Notes: a model not told the origin generated them from the sequence alone. Positions 50,410 to 64,000 are shown, counted from the stretch's first letter. The stretch: 64,000 nt of DNA from Blasia pusilla (GCA_050084515.1 CM114271.1:44082001-44146000); one strand, 5' to 3'. Numbers and translations: made by a program.

Positions 50410-51801
50410 AGCTTCAACGCTCACGTCAGCGCCGTAGGCTTGTCCGATTTCAAACGCACGAGGGCCAGCTCGTAGCTCCGGATTTCAGATATGTGGGTGG
50501 CTAGACTATGATCTTAAACTTCTCACGGGATTGGATAGGCAGCATCATAGGCTTCGTGGCTTCTTCATACGACAAGGAAAAAGACCGCCTCTTCGCCAAA
50601 TTGAGAAGCGGAGTGGAATCCTACTCCCACACACTGTAGACGACACCAACCCAACTAACTCCAAGCCTCTCCTTGGCGAGATTGGATTTTCTTTCCAGCA
50701 TGAGCCTGACCGCAAATAGGAAGTAATGCAGTCGGGAGATGTCGAGTTTGTCTACAGAGTGGACGTTTCAAGGTTTGGATGAGGCGGATAAAAGATGCAT
50801 CCGGTGCCACGGCTGGACCTGCCCTGGAAGACTTCAGAATTTGGCTTATTTGAGACGGCATTCGACGTTGTCATCTTGGAAAATGGAGAATACCAGCTCA
50901 AATGGATCCCAGGACTCGGAAGCTGCGATGGTGAGAACACCTTTTCTAGATAAGGGAGTGTGTCCGTAGGTTTTCGCTCTTGATCGCTGGTAGCACGATT
51001 TGAATTAGCACAAACAAGGAGATGTTTACAGGACTTCAGTACTCTAAACATCAAGCATGCTCACTCGGAGCTCATGATTTGTTCATCTCCTAGTCCTCTG
51101 GTCGGAGCTGTACCCTCGCCTAGACCTTCGTGGTTGGACTGTGACAGGAAGCTTCGTGCGATGGGTTGTTTACAGCCGATGAGTTCTTTAGGGTGGTAGA
51201 ATTTAGCGCCTAGGTGTAAGACCCTGCACCCGAGGTACTGTTGCAGAGAGACTGTTCGCACCTGACCTCGCTTCTGGAAGCAAAGCTGCATAGAAGGTGG
51301 TTACTTTTTCAATGTGGGACATCGTAAGACTCAACCTCTGTGTGGCCGACTCTCAACTTCAGTGGCACTTTCAAACCATGGGGTCGTATTTCTTGAAAGA
51401 GGGACCATACTCCATGGAATTATGAATCGGTGCAGCCAGACGTATCCATCCTTAAGACGAGGAGCGTTCCAACCTTATTCACATGGTCGTTTGACAAGCC
51501 CTCCACTCGCTTAGTTGAGGGGGGTAGACTTGTCAACAGGGAAATCGACGCTGCATTCACAGATAACATTCTTGGAAACTCCCTCCGACAGATGTATTTC
51601 GTACTGAAGGGAGCAAGGATGGGGGCATTCCGGGAGTTATATTGGCAGAGAGGTCTGATCTCCACAGAAAATTGAGGGTGATAAACTGTGTTGTACTCCA
51701 TTGGTGATTTGCAAATTCATTAATGATCATATGCCACCGCAGACACTGTTTACTCCTAGGATCTGAGACTTTCTCTATTTCGATCTACAATCTACTCGCT
51801 C

Positions 51802-53984
51802 CTACTTCTCCAGTTTACTGACGATGGCATCCAAAGGTGGAAGCTCATTCACCAGCTCTTGCCAGTCAGGCATCCCCTGCACACATCCACAAAGAAACTA
51901 CCCAATTCAGTTTTATACGAAGTCCACAACCATGGATCAGAGTGTTTCTTAAAGATAGACTCTCTCAAGTTGAAGAAACAGAAGCTGACACCAACACAGT
52001 CCCTACTGTAAACCTTCTGTCCACCTTTCTAAAATCATGGTGAAAGCTTGTGGAGCTTTCTGATACTACCTTTGAGCAGGTCACTCACCGTGCCAGATTT
52101 ACGAACACGCCCATCCAGACGTAGCACTATGAAAACGTCCTCGCCAGGAGTGAGTCCTATCGATTGCTGTTGATCTCGAATCCATCTGTTCATCAAAAAG
52201 AACAATCCTCAGAAATCAGACCCAGCCCAAACTAGAAGGGTATTTTGTATCAGAATTCATTGAGTATGAACCTTTGGCACAGAACTTGTTTTGCTTTGGC
52301 GAACAAGGTGAAGGAGCACTTGATTCCACTGAAGTAGCTGCAGAGTGTCAAAAATATCCATCTAGACAATAGTTTCAATCCCTGACAATGAAAAGTCTCT
52401 CTGTTGCACTTGTAAAGGTTAGGTGGGACTCCTCTAATTTCGTGTTGCCTTCATCAAGATACCTTTGCCACTCAGCGGGTGATACAGGCTCTGCTTTGAA
52501 TCTTCGGTCCACTTGAATCACTGCTTTGGCTGCAACATCCTCAGCCCGCTTTTCAAAGTCATCCTGCTCGGATCAACTATAAGAACTTCAGTCGCCAATG
52601 TCCTGTAGGTGGTTGATCTTACATCCTACCGACCTCTGAATAAACCTCAGATCAAAACATTGTACATTCGTCACTGCTTTCCAGTTAAAATTTACAGGTG
52701 AGGTGACAAAATATTTTGAAGAAATATTAACTGGTTCAAGATGACATACCCCATCAGGACCAGTACTCACAAGTATTGGCTTCTGCGAGGCCCCAAAGCC
52801 CCTCTTGGTCTTTACAGGTTCCTCCTGCTCAGAACTCCAAATGATGGGAACTACTAAGACACCTCTCTGTAAGAGATCATTCCTAAACCTTTCTGCTAGT
52901 TTCACAGCTCTCATGACCACCTCCTTCTTGCCAGCAATGATAACCTGTTTACCAGATACAAATCCCAACCGTTACAGACCATTAGCACATCGACAATACA
53001 AAACTCACAGAAGAAAGTGAAAAAAAACTAGGCTTGTCAATCTCCTTGTCATCATAAACCCATGAAAAACTGCATGCAGTGGTCTAATATTCGCTGAAAA
53101 CAACCATTTGTTATCATCCTTGATTGCACTATATCCAATAGTATGCCTATCAGTAGTGCTGAAATATGCAAGTCTGCAAAACCCTCGTGAATACCCTCTT
53201 GGAACATAACTTGGATGAAATCTTTTATCTGAGGCTACATCAGTCCAGGCACTCACAGGCCGGGTGCTCTCTCTGAGTTGAGAAAGCTCTACGACACGAT
53301 TAGTTTGAAGCTGCAAAGGAAGTCTCGAGAGCATTTCATCCCTAGAAATGCGTGCCATCTGCTCTTCTTCCTTCTTATTATCCCAAATGTACAAGGCCAC
53401 AAACACCACAATTCCTGCCAGAAACAACCACCATCACCAAAGTCATGTGAGGATAGAAGAAAATTTCCACTAGTTCAAGTTCTATCATAAGCCACTCACA
53501 GACGCGGCATGTGCCCCACCACATTGTTGATTACTTCCTCAAGATGAGGTATCCAGACATCTACTCTCTTGCAAAAGAGCATTTTCCCTGCTGTAAGATT
53601 GTAAATGACTTACCCCCTAAATTGATGGCTAGATTTTGAGCTGTTTCCTGGAGGCCTGGAGCCCCTTCGCCTCCTTGAACTGCAAGGATGAGGCGGGGGA
53701 CAGTGAAGAGAGTGGCAATGCCAGCGGCCAGTGAGAAGGCCACGTAGAAAAACTTCCGAACACCTCTGAATGGGGCCTGGACCTCACTTATAAGCTTCAA
53801 GTCCCTCCTGAAACTCTGACCAATCTCCTCTCCACCTATCCTTGCCTGTCAGACAGGCAGCAAGGTGTCCCAAAGATCAGCACCTTCCACTACTCTATCA
53901 ACAGTGTAAACTTCATGGTTTCAACTCCATTTGCAAATCAGATATCAGTGTCAGCTCTTTGAATTACTCTCAATTTGATCAGCA

Positions 53985-54018
<34 letters not shown>

Positions 54019-56375
54019 TTCTCATGATTTTAACCTAACTAGCTCACTCTGAAGTATAGTCAGGTTTAGGCTACTGAGGCTAATTGAGTTCAAAATAATG
54101 ACTGAAACTGTGTCAGTTTCAGCTCTTTGAACTGCTCTCAATTTGAACTCTTGCCCATTGTGTGTCGATGGGGATGAAACCTCTAGTCATTACTTGGTCT
54201 CCTGCGCAAAATTCACAACACACAGAGCAAGAGCATATGCCGATATTGCTAAGCTGGTAACACCAGAATTGTTCAACACGTTCAGTAGCCTTGATTCATT
54301 GCCCAAAGCTGATGCACTGGTAAGTAATGTCTATTGGGGATCCCAATCAGGTAAAGTAGATGGTGTGGTGAAGAGTTTCTTGGTTGACACTTGGAAGCTC
54401 CGCATGAACACGTTGTTTGGTCAGCGCTTACACCATATGAGGGTGTCTCCCTCCTCTCATATGGTACCTTCTTCACTTCTTCCTCTCTCTACACGCATCC
54501 CAGTCTCAAGCACCGCCCAACCAGGGCACGGGGTCTATGGTCGCAAGGCTACGACAGGCGCGACTTAATGAGTACAGTCTCAATTTGAACAGAACCACAC
54601 ACATATAATTTTACCCTAAATTGCTCACTCTGAAGTATTGTCATAGTAAAAATTGAAGCTGTAAATAATTGCTAAAACTATAGACTAGAACCCTTTGGAA
54701 GAAACTTAAGATGGACTCCCCCCAAAGGAATGCAAATAGACTCCTTTGAAAGAAAATTGGAGTTTGCTAAATACCACGTCCAAACGATCATTCAGGGTTT
54801 AAGAAGAGGGACAGGGAAAGCACCTCATCCTGAAGTGTTTTGAACTCTGGCATAGCTCTGAACGCGGCCATATCTGGATCGTTCAAAATGATACTGAACT
54901 TGAGGTCATAGTCCTTAAGTGCTTGACGCAATGCCTGTCCAGCTTTCTCACCTTCACCCCTATAGAATTTGGCAAGCTCATTACAAAACAGTTCTTACTT
55001 GCAAATCAATAATCGTTTGTAACAGTGGTGTAAAACCACCAATACTTAAAGCCCAACAGAACACCCATATGGATCCAAGCCCTAAGAATCACTAGAATAA
55101 TGATGACAAAAATTAGAAGAAGACCGTTTTTTTGTAGAACAAGAAGTCTCAAGGGCGGCAAAACTCGTAACTTGCAATCTCAGGGCTGGAGAGATCTGGA
55201 GTCAGGTTCAAATTCTTTAGGGTGTTCACAGAGAAACAAGAATGGTATCTACCAATGATCTAAAAATCTATCTTCAGAATGTGATATTGCCACTGCTCGA
55301 CTCATTACAATTGAGCAGAATATGGCCACGTGGTTTAAAATCCCCTCGACTATAATTCAGTCAACTATTAACCAAATCAGGTGATAAAAGATTCTACGCA
55401 GTTACTGATCTCAGGCTACTGCTCAGTTGCATATGACGTTGGGACCAAATTCAGGATAGGAATAAACCTGGATGCATGACAGCAAGCCTTGTTATATAGA
55501 GCAGCCTGCGCCTCTTCTGGCTCAGGCTTCATCTTCAGTGATGCATCGAATTGAGCCAACGCATCCTTCACCTGTTCAAAGAATGCAATATTCCTTCCGT
55601 TGGACTACCAGCACTTCTACTGTACTCATAGTTCCACAATTGCAATGAGCACAACTTTTCAGACCTAAAGACTAGTAGAATTTGCAGTTATGTTGTCCAT
55701 ATGAAAGGCCAGGCCTAAATTTTTCATCCAAAACGTGAGCTAATTTCACTACTTCCCTGCCAACTTGGAGACGTCCAGTCCCCAACAATCATCCCATCAC
55801 TCGAAAAGCAACCACAGGGCATTTTCGGTCATGTCTTCCAGTTGCAAACTCAGCTCACAATGCCTTGTCTCTGAACAAAATTGAGTACACAGACACACTG
55901 CTTGACTCCAGGCTTGCAAACCTCAACGACAATCCATCATTCGAGAGACTCATACGAAGGAAGTTCAGTACCTCGTCGACAGACCCCCCACAACAGCGTC
56001 CAGGAATTCACTTCACATTACAAGACTCATCAGAGCAGAAAGTCCAACGCAGTCCACAGAATCTCAGAAATGTACCCTGCCTTTGGCGAAGAGAGAGAGA
56101 CCCAATTCGATGGCCTCCTTAGCTGTGGCCGCCGGAGCTACATTCACGTCTGACCTCCCAGAGCTGCTCATTCTCATAGCCTCGCTCCTCTTCCTTTGCA
56201 CTCCTGTCCGCTCACCGTGTCGCAAATTCCATCCTCGTCTACAATTGCGACAACCATGAACGAACGAAAGAGGAAGTTGGGCAGGGCCCTTCGAGAACAA
56301 CAACGTCAGTGATGGGGGCAATCGAGTCCCTTGACACAGCGATTGCCGAAGAACTGTCATCTTTCCCAAACTCAT
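51802..56375 (-). CDS. LPA1: LOW PSII ACCUMULATION 1 (TPR + DUF3493 thylakoid PSII assembly factor); ~465 aa, 9 exons
   Basis: Exons 56375-56076, 55571-55468, 54959-54824, 53845-53614, 53414-53257, 52944-52750, 52563-52463, 52185-52089, 51876-51802, all in frame. Motifs AQAALYNKACCHA, LNDPDMAAFR, RDLKLISEVQAPFRGVRKFF, LRLDGRVRKSG and GMPDWQELV. Confidence 0.95.
53986..54015. repeat. (CA)15 microsatellite in LPA1 intron 3
   Basis: Directly visible. Confidence 0.95.
54149..54577 (+). mobile_element. 5'-truncated non-LTR retrotransposon (LINE 3' end) with 13-bp TSD
   Basis: TCTCAATTTGAAC occurs at 54136-54148 and 54578-54590. The uninterrupted ORF encodes CPLC..DETSSHYLVSC..TWKLR, the CCHC zinc-knuckle typical of the C-terminus of LINE ORF2. 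Confidence 0.88.
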
Positions 56376-58515
56376 ATCACCTCAGCACGAGATCCTGCTC
56401 CGTCACCAGCGCACACCTCTCACTCACATCCACTCCCCAACAGGTATCTCCACGCCTGAGCCATGGAGACCCATCAGCCAAATTCCTCCTCGGGCTCAAA
56501 CGATAACTTCGCAAGACACATGACAATGTGTTCCAGTTTAGTCTTCCACAATCGGATACGCTTTTTCCTCAGAGGATTGCGTGATCCAACAGAGACACAG
56601 TGCTCCTCGCCTACAAGGGGGTCTAGACATCCTACGAAGGGCAAGGCACCCTCCGAAAGGGACACGTGGTCAAGTCAGGGAAAGCCACGTGGGCGGTTTC
56701 TTATCGCCTTAAGGAGAATCGATTGCACTCGGACGAAGACGCTCAATGATTTTTGGAGCCCGTCAGACGAGACGGTGCTGCTGTTGCTCCGAAGTGTACA
56801 CAAAATTCCAGAGGAGCTGTGTGGGCGTAAGTTTTGTAGAGGAATTGCGTCCCCATTTGTCATATTTGTGTTCTTAGAAAATTCCTGACTTGTGGTGAGT
56901 GCAGCTGCTTAGGGGCAGTTGGAAGAGAATGCACATCTCTGGCGTTAAGCCCACACATGATTAAGGTACTTTGCTTCTCGATGAACGTCTTGATTCTTGA
57001 AGACTCAGGTAGCCAACGTAAGAAGCGTGATGATTTGTTCAACGCGGCTGCTAGCCAGGGGGTGGAACAGCACAGTACGCCCATCAATGACATTTGGGTG
57101 TATTTCTTCTGGAAAGCCAAAGGAAGATTAACTCAGGTATGATTTGTCATCGGAGCGACTGCTAACTAGGAATTGAAACAGGACCCCCATCTAGGGCATT
57201 AGGGTACTTAGCTACTCGATCAAAATATACTTTCATCCTTGATAGCCCATGTAAGAAGCTTCATGACTTGTGATTGGCAGTGGTAGCTGGGAGCACTACT
57301 AAAGTCACCAAGAATGTAAGAAGCTTCACGACTTGTTGAATAAACCCGCCTGCTCACAACACTTCGCCTCAGCTTTCACAAATTCGATTTCAGAAGAGCT
57401 ATATTCAAACAACCCGCTCCAGCAACGTCCTTGGAGGTAGGTTGTTTCTCGAGAGGTCACATCTACACTACCACTTTCAAAGACCTCCTGGAATGGAGAT
57501 CACTTCTCGAACGGCACAGTACGCTGCTCGGACGTGAGATACAAGTTTGAGTGCAAGCAGTGCCACAGTGCACTGCTTGCACGTGAGATTCCTCCCAAGA
57601 CGGCATAGTAGACTGCTCGGACACACGCACAGAACCACAGTATATTCAACATTATGGCAACAGTATGCTTGCTGACCTCCGCTGCATTTGAAGAACTTCC
57701 CTTCTTGACCACCAGCATGCGATTCATAAGGCAGCTCACGTCCATGTGGAGATAACTACATCCTAGTCCGGCCCTTCCAAAGTATCCTAGTGGAGAGTCA
57801 TTGCACAAGCTCATCTGATCATCTGTAAAGGTGTCCTACAAAGGAGCACTCGGTTAGAAATGCTTTGAGTTAGGCATGCATTTACTTTCTGGTGTTCACT
57901 CAGAATTAGCCAAGGCTCCCAAGGCGATTGCAATCTTTCAGTGAGCAGCTGCTGGTACTGAGACATTAGGGGCGTTTTTGTCCCCAAACTATCTTACTCA
58001 TACAATCTCAACAAATCACTCTGACGTCTCAGTGAAAGTTTCACAGATTTGATTGATGCATTTGAATGACTTCATTTACACAGCTCGACCTTCATACAGC
58101 TTCCTCAACAAACTTCAGCTCCGTTTCGTCCACAGTGTCCATACTCTTTGCCTACGCTCTCCTCAGTCAGAGGAACGGATTACCATATCCTAACACTTAA
58201 CAGTACGGTAGGGCATTGTTTAACCAGAAGTCAAGGATTACTTGACAACTAAAAAAATCTGGCTGAAAGACCCGAGTTTGAGCTTTCACACCTATTATCT
58301 AACTTCCAACAAGTATCTCCCCACCGAGGTGCTTGAACTACTGGCTAAAATTGATGGACAGAAAATCTAGACTGATGCTTGTCGCTCTTCACTATCTTTC
58401 ATACGATACACAATGTTCTGAGAAGTATGCAACCGGTACTCTCAGAGTAACCTTCATGAGCTAAAACATTTTTACAGAAAACGTGAACGATAATCGGGCG
58501 TCATTGACAAGTGAG

Positions 58516-60173
58516 TCAAGAGGCGTTAGCAGAAGGGAGTTTCTTGCGCATCAAATATCGCCGTCTTTGGAAGCTTAAAAGAGAGAGAATGCTGTCAGTG
58601 GCAACGATCTGATAGCCTGCACTCTGGTACATATTCAGAGGTGCTAAGTCCACCATTCGGCAGTGTAAGTACATATCCTCACATCCTGAAGCAATGGCCA
58701 GCTTCTCGGCTGCCTTCAATAGTTGTCTCCCGATACCTCTCCTGCTCAATCCAGGGTATCAACCACTACACTGGTCAGCACACGACTCCGTTCCGTGCAC
58801 ATTCGATAATCCTACCAAGACAGCGTCATCATTCGTGGATCCTGGATAAAGAATCCACCATTTCGACCTCGCGCTTCCTACCGAGGGGTTCATATGATGC
58901 TCGTCAGCGATGGAAGGAGAGAACGTGAGAAGATGCATGCCTTTCTGTTTTGATAAATGAAATAATTCATCAGGCAGTGGCTCGTGAAAATCTATAATTT
59001 CTAGAATGGCTTTTAACAACGATTCATGTGTGAAGGGAGGGGGAGGAGAAGACGGGAGGAGACCCACCTGCGGTAGGCCTCGCTAACGGCCATGTTGCAC
59101 AGATAAGGTGAACCAGGCGGGGGAGATGGGCCTGCTGGAATGTCTGGGTGACCAATATCCGAGAAAGAAAGTTCCACAGTGCCAGCCAGGATCCAATTGC
59201 CAGACAAAATGTTGTCAGTCATGTTCATCAGCACGTTGTCCTCTTCCGGTGCATACAATGCCATCAAGGTCACGGCATCCGGGAGATAACCATATCTATC
59301 TCGCACGTATTGGCGAACAGTCAAGGACAACAGTGGGCGATAGGTCAGTATACCGCCCATCAGTTCCGCAAAAGAATCTACCAAAAGTTCCTCTACGTCT
59401 TTCATGTGCTCCACTCTCAAAGCTTGAACTACAATGACTCCCCTGTCGCCATTATGCCGGTACTCGAAATTCCTCAACAAGTTCACTCTCTTCATGTCCT
59501 CAACGTTCCAATTTTTATCTTCCCTCGCTTTCAGATCCTCATATCCCGTCTCTATCGGAGGCGGGCTTTCTATTATCTGTATTCCCGCAAAATCCTCATC
59601 GTCTCCATCTCCATGTGATTCCCTTGGATCCTTATTCTCGGTTTCACTTGCAGACTTCTTCACACATGCCACTTCAACACCACTCACGATTGCCCTTTCC
59701 TCCGCCTCACTCTCTTGACTTTTCGTGAGGGCCGCCTCATCTTCGACTTCTCTTTTGTTTGAGGCAGATGGCCTACTCAATTCTATATCCGATGAATGCG
59801 CGGTTGCCTCGTCCACCAGCGACCTGACCTTAATTCTCTCAAACGCAGGTGAAGTGACAGAATCTCCCATATCCCGACCACGCCTCATTCTGTGCCTCAT
59901 CAGACGAGGCAATCTCGTGTCTCCATCTGAGATGGGGAACGCTTTGGCATGCCCCATCTGCATTCTCTGAGAGCCAATTGCAGTGGTAATCGTCGAGGAA
60001 GAAGTATACACTCTCCATGACGGTGTCGTGTTAGATGCGAAGCTGCCGAAGAAATCCCCTGCGAAAGTACTACACTTCCAGCAATTACTGTCCATAAGGG
60101 AGAAATTTGTGCCCATTTGTGGCAGGATACACAGAGGAGATCCCAACTGGGACAACTGCAAGCGAGTTTCCAT
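58516..60173 (-). CDS. GNAT5: Plastid-type GNAT acetyltransferase, ~443 aa, 2 exons
   Basis: Exons 60173-59068 and 58741-58516. Motifs LAGTVELSF, PYLCNMAVSEAYRRRGIGRQLLKAAE (acetyl-CoA motif A) and YLHCRMVDLAPLNMY..RRRYLMRKKL resemble, from memory, the Arabidopsis plastid GNAT5 clade; the symbol is tentative. Confidence 0.88.
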
Positions 60174-61133
60174 CCTGGTCGCCACACTACCTAAAGCTCT
60201 CACAAGAAAAGAACCCGGCCTTGTTCCTTGACTCAGCTCCGTCTTCGCCAATGTCCCTAGTTCTGTGTCCTGTCCTGAGACCAAGTCCAAGAAACCCCAA
60301 GAAGACGTTAACAATTCAGAAATTAGAGAGAGAGAGGGTCGCAAATTTGGTGCAATTGAGCCAGAAAAGAGGTAGAGAGGCCAAGAAGGCAGCAATGGTC
60401 CAAACACAGATTCCTAAAGTGGATGAAAACGATTTCGTTTCCAGCCCACGCGATATATGGCACACATGGAGTATACTCCCTTCCTCCCCTACCACCACGA
60501 ACGGCACATCACTGACTCAGACATACAAGACCCCTAACTTGACGGTGGTATTATTTTCAGCACACGGTGGGTTTCAACAGAGGAAGCATTCCAAATTCAC
60601 ACGCACCCTCGAACTACAAAACCCTTGCCGCCGGAGGAGATTAGCGTCGCTCTTGACCCATCATCGAGCGCAGGAAGAGGCATCCATACTCCACCCAATG
60701 CACCCGCAGCAATCCAGCATCGGTTCTACACTACAGTCACATAATCATTCAGGACAGGAATGCAACCACATGATATCTGTGGGGCACCGTTGAGCTCCCG
60801 AAGCCATACAGTCCAATTTCAGAGTATTCCAGTGGACGAAAAGCGACCGCTTCACCAGAGAATCTCGCTACGAGTTGAATTGGTTTACATAAATAAATGT
60901 TACTCTTAATATAAAAAAAGAAAGTAAAAAGAAGTATTTTGTCACTTATGATATCTTATTAAGCTATAGTATTATTAGAGAGTTCTTCCTCATTTTGCAA
61001 GTGTAGTAAATGAATTTTTTTATTTTTTAATTGATAAAATTCTTCGAAGTTGATTTAAAATTAAAATCAAGAAATTTGGAAATTCATGATGGAAATTAAT
61101 TTATATTAAATTTGTGCATTCCACTAGTCTACA

Positions 61134-61603
61134 TTGTTGGAGAGCTCCCTTCATTTTACAAACTCTTCTTCTCTTGACACTTGGCATTCTCAGCTTATAA
61201 GATGGCTTGCCTTATGAGCCAATAAGATCATTCGGAAATGATATAAAATTGAGAGCTAGGGTCAACCATTAGCGCCCTCTAACTTTCCCGATGACATCAA
61301 ATCACGTGTGTATACACCATCATATGGAGAGCCCACACAATCAATAGGGGAAAAAATGTTCTCTAGATCATTGAATAACAATAGAGCCAAACCCATTCTC
61401 CATGTGAGGGAATTGAATCCATGTATAATGCATTGTTGGTAGAACCTTGCTCTACCTTGTGTTTGGAGGTTTCAACCCTCGACAAATGAGCCTCTCCAAA
61501 CCTCTCATTGAGACAATACTCCCAACCAAAAGGCGAGCAATCCTATTAGCCGAGAATGCCGAGTGTCAAGAGGAGAGGAAGGGACACCCAAGAACTCTAA
61601 CAA
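61134..61603. repeat. Imperfect inverted repeat pair (~61134-61215 / ~61528-61603), MITE/foldback-like
   Basis: ctcttgacacttggcattctcagct.ataagat.gct.gcctt versus aaggcgagcaatcctattagccgagaatgccgagtgtcaagag (reverse complement). Outer ends ttgttggagag / ctctaacaa. Confidence 0.65.
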
Positions 61604-61799
61604 TTCTCCATGATAGTCCCAAGAAATCATGAATCTTCCAACCAATCATCAAAGGAGGCCAACACACTATTTATGGCCTCTCTAGAATCATATCGTCTAC
61701 TCTCATTTGACTATAACTAGCGTGACAACTTTTATGTTGTTTGAATGTCCACCTTCACAAACAAATTATCCACATAACACTTTCAATTTTGACAAGATA

Positions 61800-62806
61800 T
61801 GTCGCAACCCTCATAACCAAACGAGTACCAAGCGGAACATCCAAACTCTAGCGAGCTCACGCTAGGATGATTTGCGCTTCGTAGTTAGAGAAACACAAGT
61901 GCGAGACGCAAGCACAACAAGCATTTCAAGTGTTTCAGGCGTTTATGGTCGCGACTAAGGAAATTGGAACCAATCGCGGAACCCAGGCTTAAGAGAAGTC
62001 GAGTCTCGGAAGGAGACGTGGCCAAGTGGTGAGAACTAGACTTGGGACGCGGCTAGCGTTTGGAGTTTCAGACTATACTTTTGACCATAACTTTTAGTTC
62101 CAAGATTCATTTGGGACAAGTAAACAATCATTGGAAAGCTTATGTGGAGTCGATTCTAACGCTTTAAATATCTTGGAAAACGCTTAAGCAAAAGTTGAGA
62201 TATGGGCCAAAACCGATTGTATGGGGGGTCAAATTGAGGGCCAAAAAGAGGGGCGCGGGTGCTCTTGCCTAAAAGTTGGGGGACCCTGGTAATCCCCAAA
62301 AATACTAGTAAGGGGGAAGGTCTTCAAAGGTGTTTGAGAATCGAACCCCACTTTGGGCGCCGTAGGGTGACTCAAGGGCACAGAACGGATCGGGAGTTTT
62401 GGCGTTGGGATTCGAAACCCAAACCAAGTCCAATGGAGTGGATTTTGGAGGTCCCTCTTGGATTTCAACTCACAACTCACATCGTTGAGTCTCGGTTGGG
62501 GACTCATGTGAGGTCCATTGGAGAGTTGGAACCGCTAGGCACCCAAACATCATTTTAAGTGTTTAAATTGACCAGAAAGTTTGTCCCAAGTCTCGGAAGA
62601 CTTGCTCGTGTTGGGAACGTAGGAATGAGGAAAGGTTGAGCTTGATGAGGTGCCGAGTCGAGGACTCGATGGATTGGAAGGCCTCTTGATCCAAGCTGGA
62701 CTAACGCGAATGCGTTTGGGTACATGTTGGCGATGAGAGCGTGCTCTATTGAACGTACGCTTTCGCAACACTAAGACTCACGTTCGGGGGGAGTAGGCGC
62801 ACTACA
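61800..62806 (+). mobile_element. Solo LTR (1007 bp), same family as 43160-44161
   Basis: TGTCGCAACCC...GAGTAGGCGCACTACA; 5-bp flanks AGATA/TGATA (4/5 identical); colinear with the other copies throughout. Confidence 0.88.
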
Positions 62807-63232
62807 TGATAGCTCTCAAAACATTGATCGGGAAACACATAAGTCTAAAGACATATAGGACAAGCCATCCGAGCTCTATTTCCACACTTTGAGCACTTTT
62901 GACAATGTTGACTCTCCATAAAAAAGTCAAACTTACTCGCCACACTTATATGTAAAGACAACCACTGCATTTGTGTCCTTCAATGATCCATGCAAACTAG
63001 CTAGTTGCAATGGTTGGTGAAACATGATAATGATTAGGGCGATTTTTGCTTTATATTAGCCTTAACTTTCAGAGATCAATCCCCATATCCCCAAAAGATC
63101 TAGTAGTTCATCAAAATTCAATCTATCCCTAACCCCCAAAAAATAAAACAATTCCACTGCATTGTAGTATGAGGTTCACAACCATAAAAAACATACATTT
63201 GGTTGTGAACGTTGTCATGACCATACGGATTA

Positions 63233-63686
63233 TGTCGTAGAGTATGGTGTGCTAGTAGAGGCCATTCCTTATGTAGGACCGTAGTGGATTGGTAGAGATG
63301 CGGTTCCATACATAGGGTTGGGGGTTACTCAGTTGGGGGTGACTTTCCCAGTAGGGCCCGCTCTTAGGTTGGAGGATATAAGGTGGAGTGCACTCAAAGA
63401 ACAGTCAGTTCTTTGAGTTGAGCCTGTTGCGTTGGGAGTTAGCCTTGGTAGTGAGTAGAGCTCTTGGCTATGGTGTTTCCCGCAAGCTTCGACCTAGATT
63501 CTCCCATTGTGGAGTGGGTTTGGCTCGATTGTATGTGATTGTAAACGTGTTTTATGACAATAGGTCTTTCACGGATTTTAGTTGTGGTACACTTGTGTTT
63601 GTGGATACTCTCGTCTATGTTATGTATGTATGTGAGTATGGTATGTCAGCGATGTATGTTGTATGACGATGTGGATTCGCACGACA
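63233..63686 (+). mobile_element. Probable solo LTR of a second family (454 bp)
   Basis: TGTCGT...ACGACA inverted termini and an internal TATAA (gatataagg, ~63376). No matching TSD found. Confidence 0.45.
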
Positions 63687-64000
63687 ACGTCCACACCACA
63701 TATTAGAGCTAGTATTTAACAAGCATGCGCCTTTTAGGTATTTCTGAGTAAATTTTTCACTTCAATCCAACGTCATGACTTAAGCGTTAGAGTGGGTTAG
63801 ATGATATAAAAAGGAAAGACCGGGTATAATTTTGAATCCATACAATTGCTAAAATTTGAATATTTGCGTTCATCCGGGATCCTCCAACTCCACCCCCCTT
63901 GACTTAAGTTCTTTTGGCCCCTAACCAAGATGGCCAAACTCTATCCATTCTTATTGTCCATATGCAAAGAATCCATGACACCAAAATATGATCCAAGCAT

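Noticed and set aside
50883-51675. Possible plus-strand spliced ORF (MENTSSNG...)
   Set aside because: The obvious splice gives a stop after about 37 codons; no recognisable family.
60107-60793. 228-aa plus-strand ORF
   Set aside because: Non-ATG start, antisense to the GNAT 5' region, no motifs.
61141-61153. agagctcccttca matching part of a miR319 star arm
   Set aside because: The match breaks after 13 nt and no mature miR319/159 sequence is present downstream.

Overview
Eukaryotic, intron-rich land-plant DNA; gene content and compact GT-AG introns suggest a bryophyte, possibly a liverwort (inference). Exons were assembled by hand. Seven spliced genes are supported: a bacterial-type 3D-domain protein (-), an S9B dipeptidyl peptidase (-), a DRM de novo DNA methyltransferase with three UBA-like repeats (+), RRP12 (-), a plastid-type tRNA-binding OB-fold protein (-), LPA1 (-) and a plastid GNAT acetyltransferase (-). 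There is also one intronless, probably mitochondrial single-pass protein (+). Intergenic DNA holds a nest of non-autonomous Helitron-like elements just upstream of DRM, a ~1 kb solo-LTR family (three full copies, one nested inside another, plus a partial copy), a second solo-LTR-like element, and several local tandem duplications. A 5'-truncated LINE with a 13-bp target-site duplication sits in an LPA1 intron. Most notable: (1) a five-exon 3D-domain (lytic transglycosylase-like) gene with all three Asp intact, which the ORF track mostly misses; (2) a ~380-nt highly structured segment at 14590-14970 with a telomere-template-like CCUAAACCC, a speculative telomerase-RNA candidate; (3) the Helitron/inverted-repeat block next to the DRM promoter.
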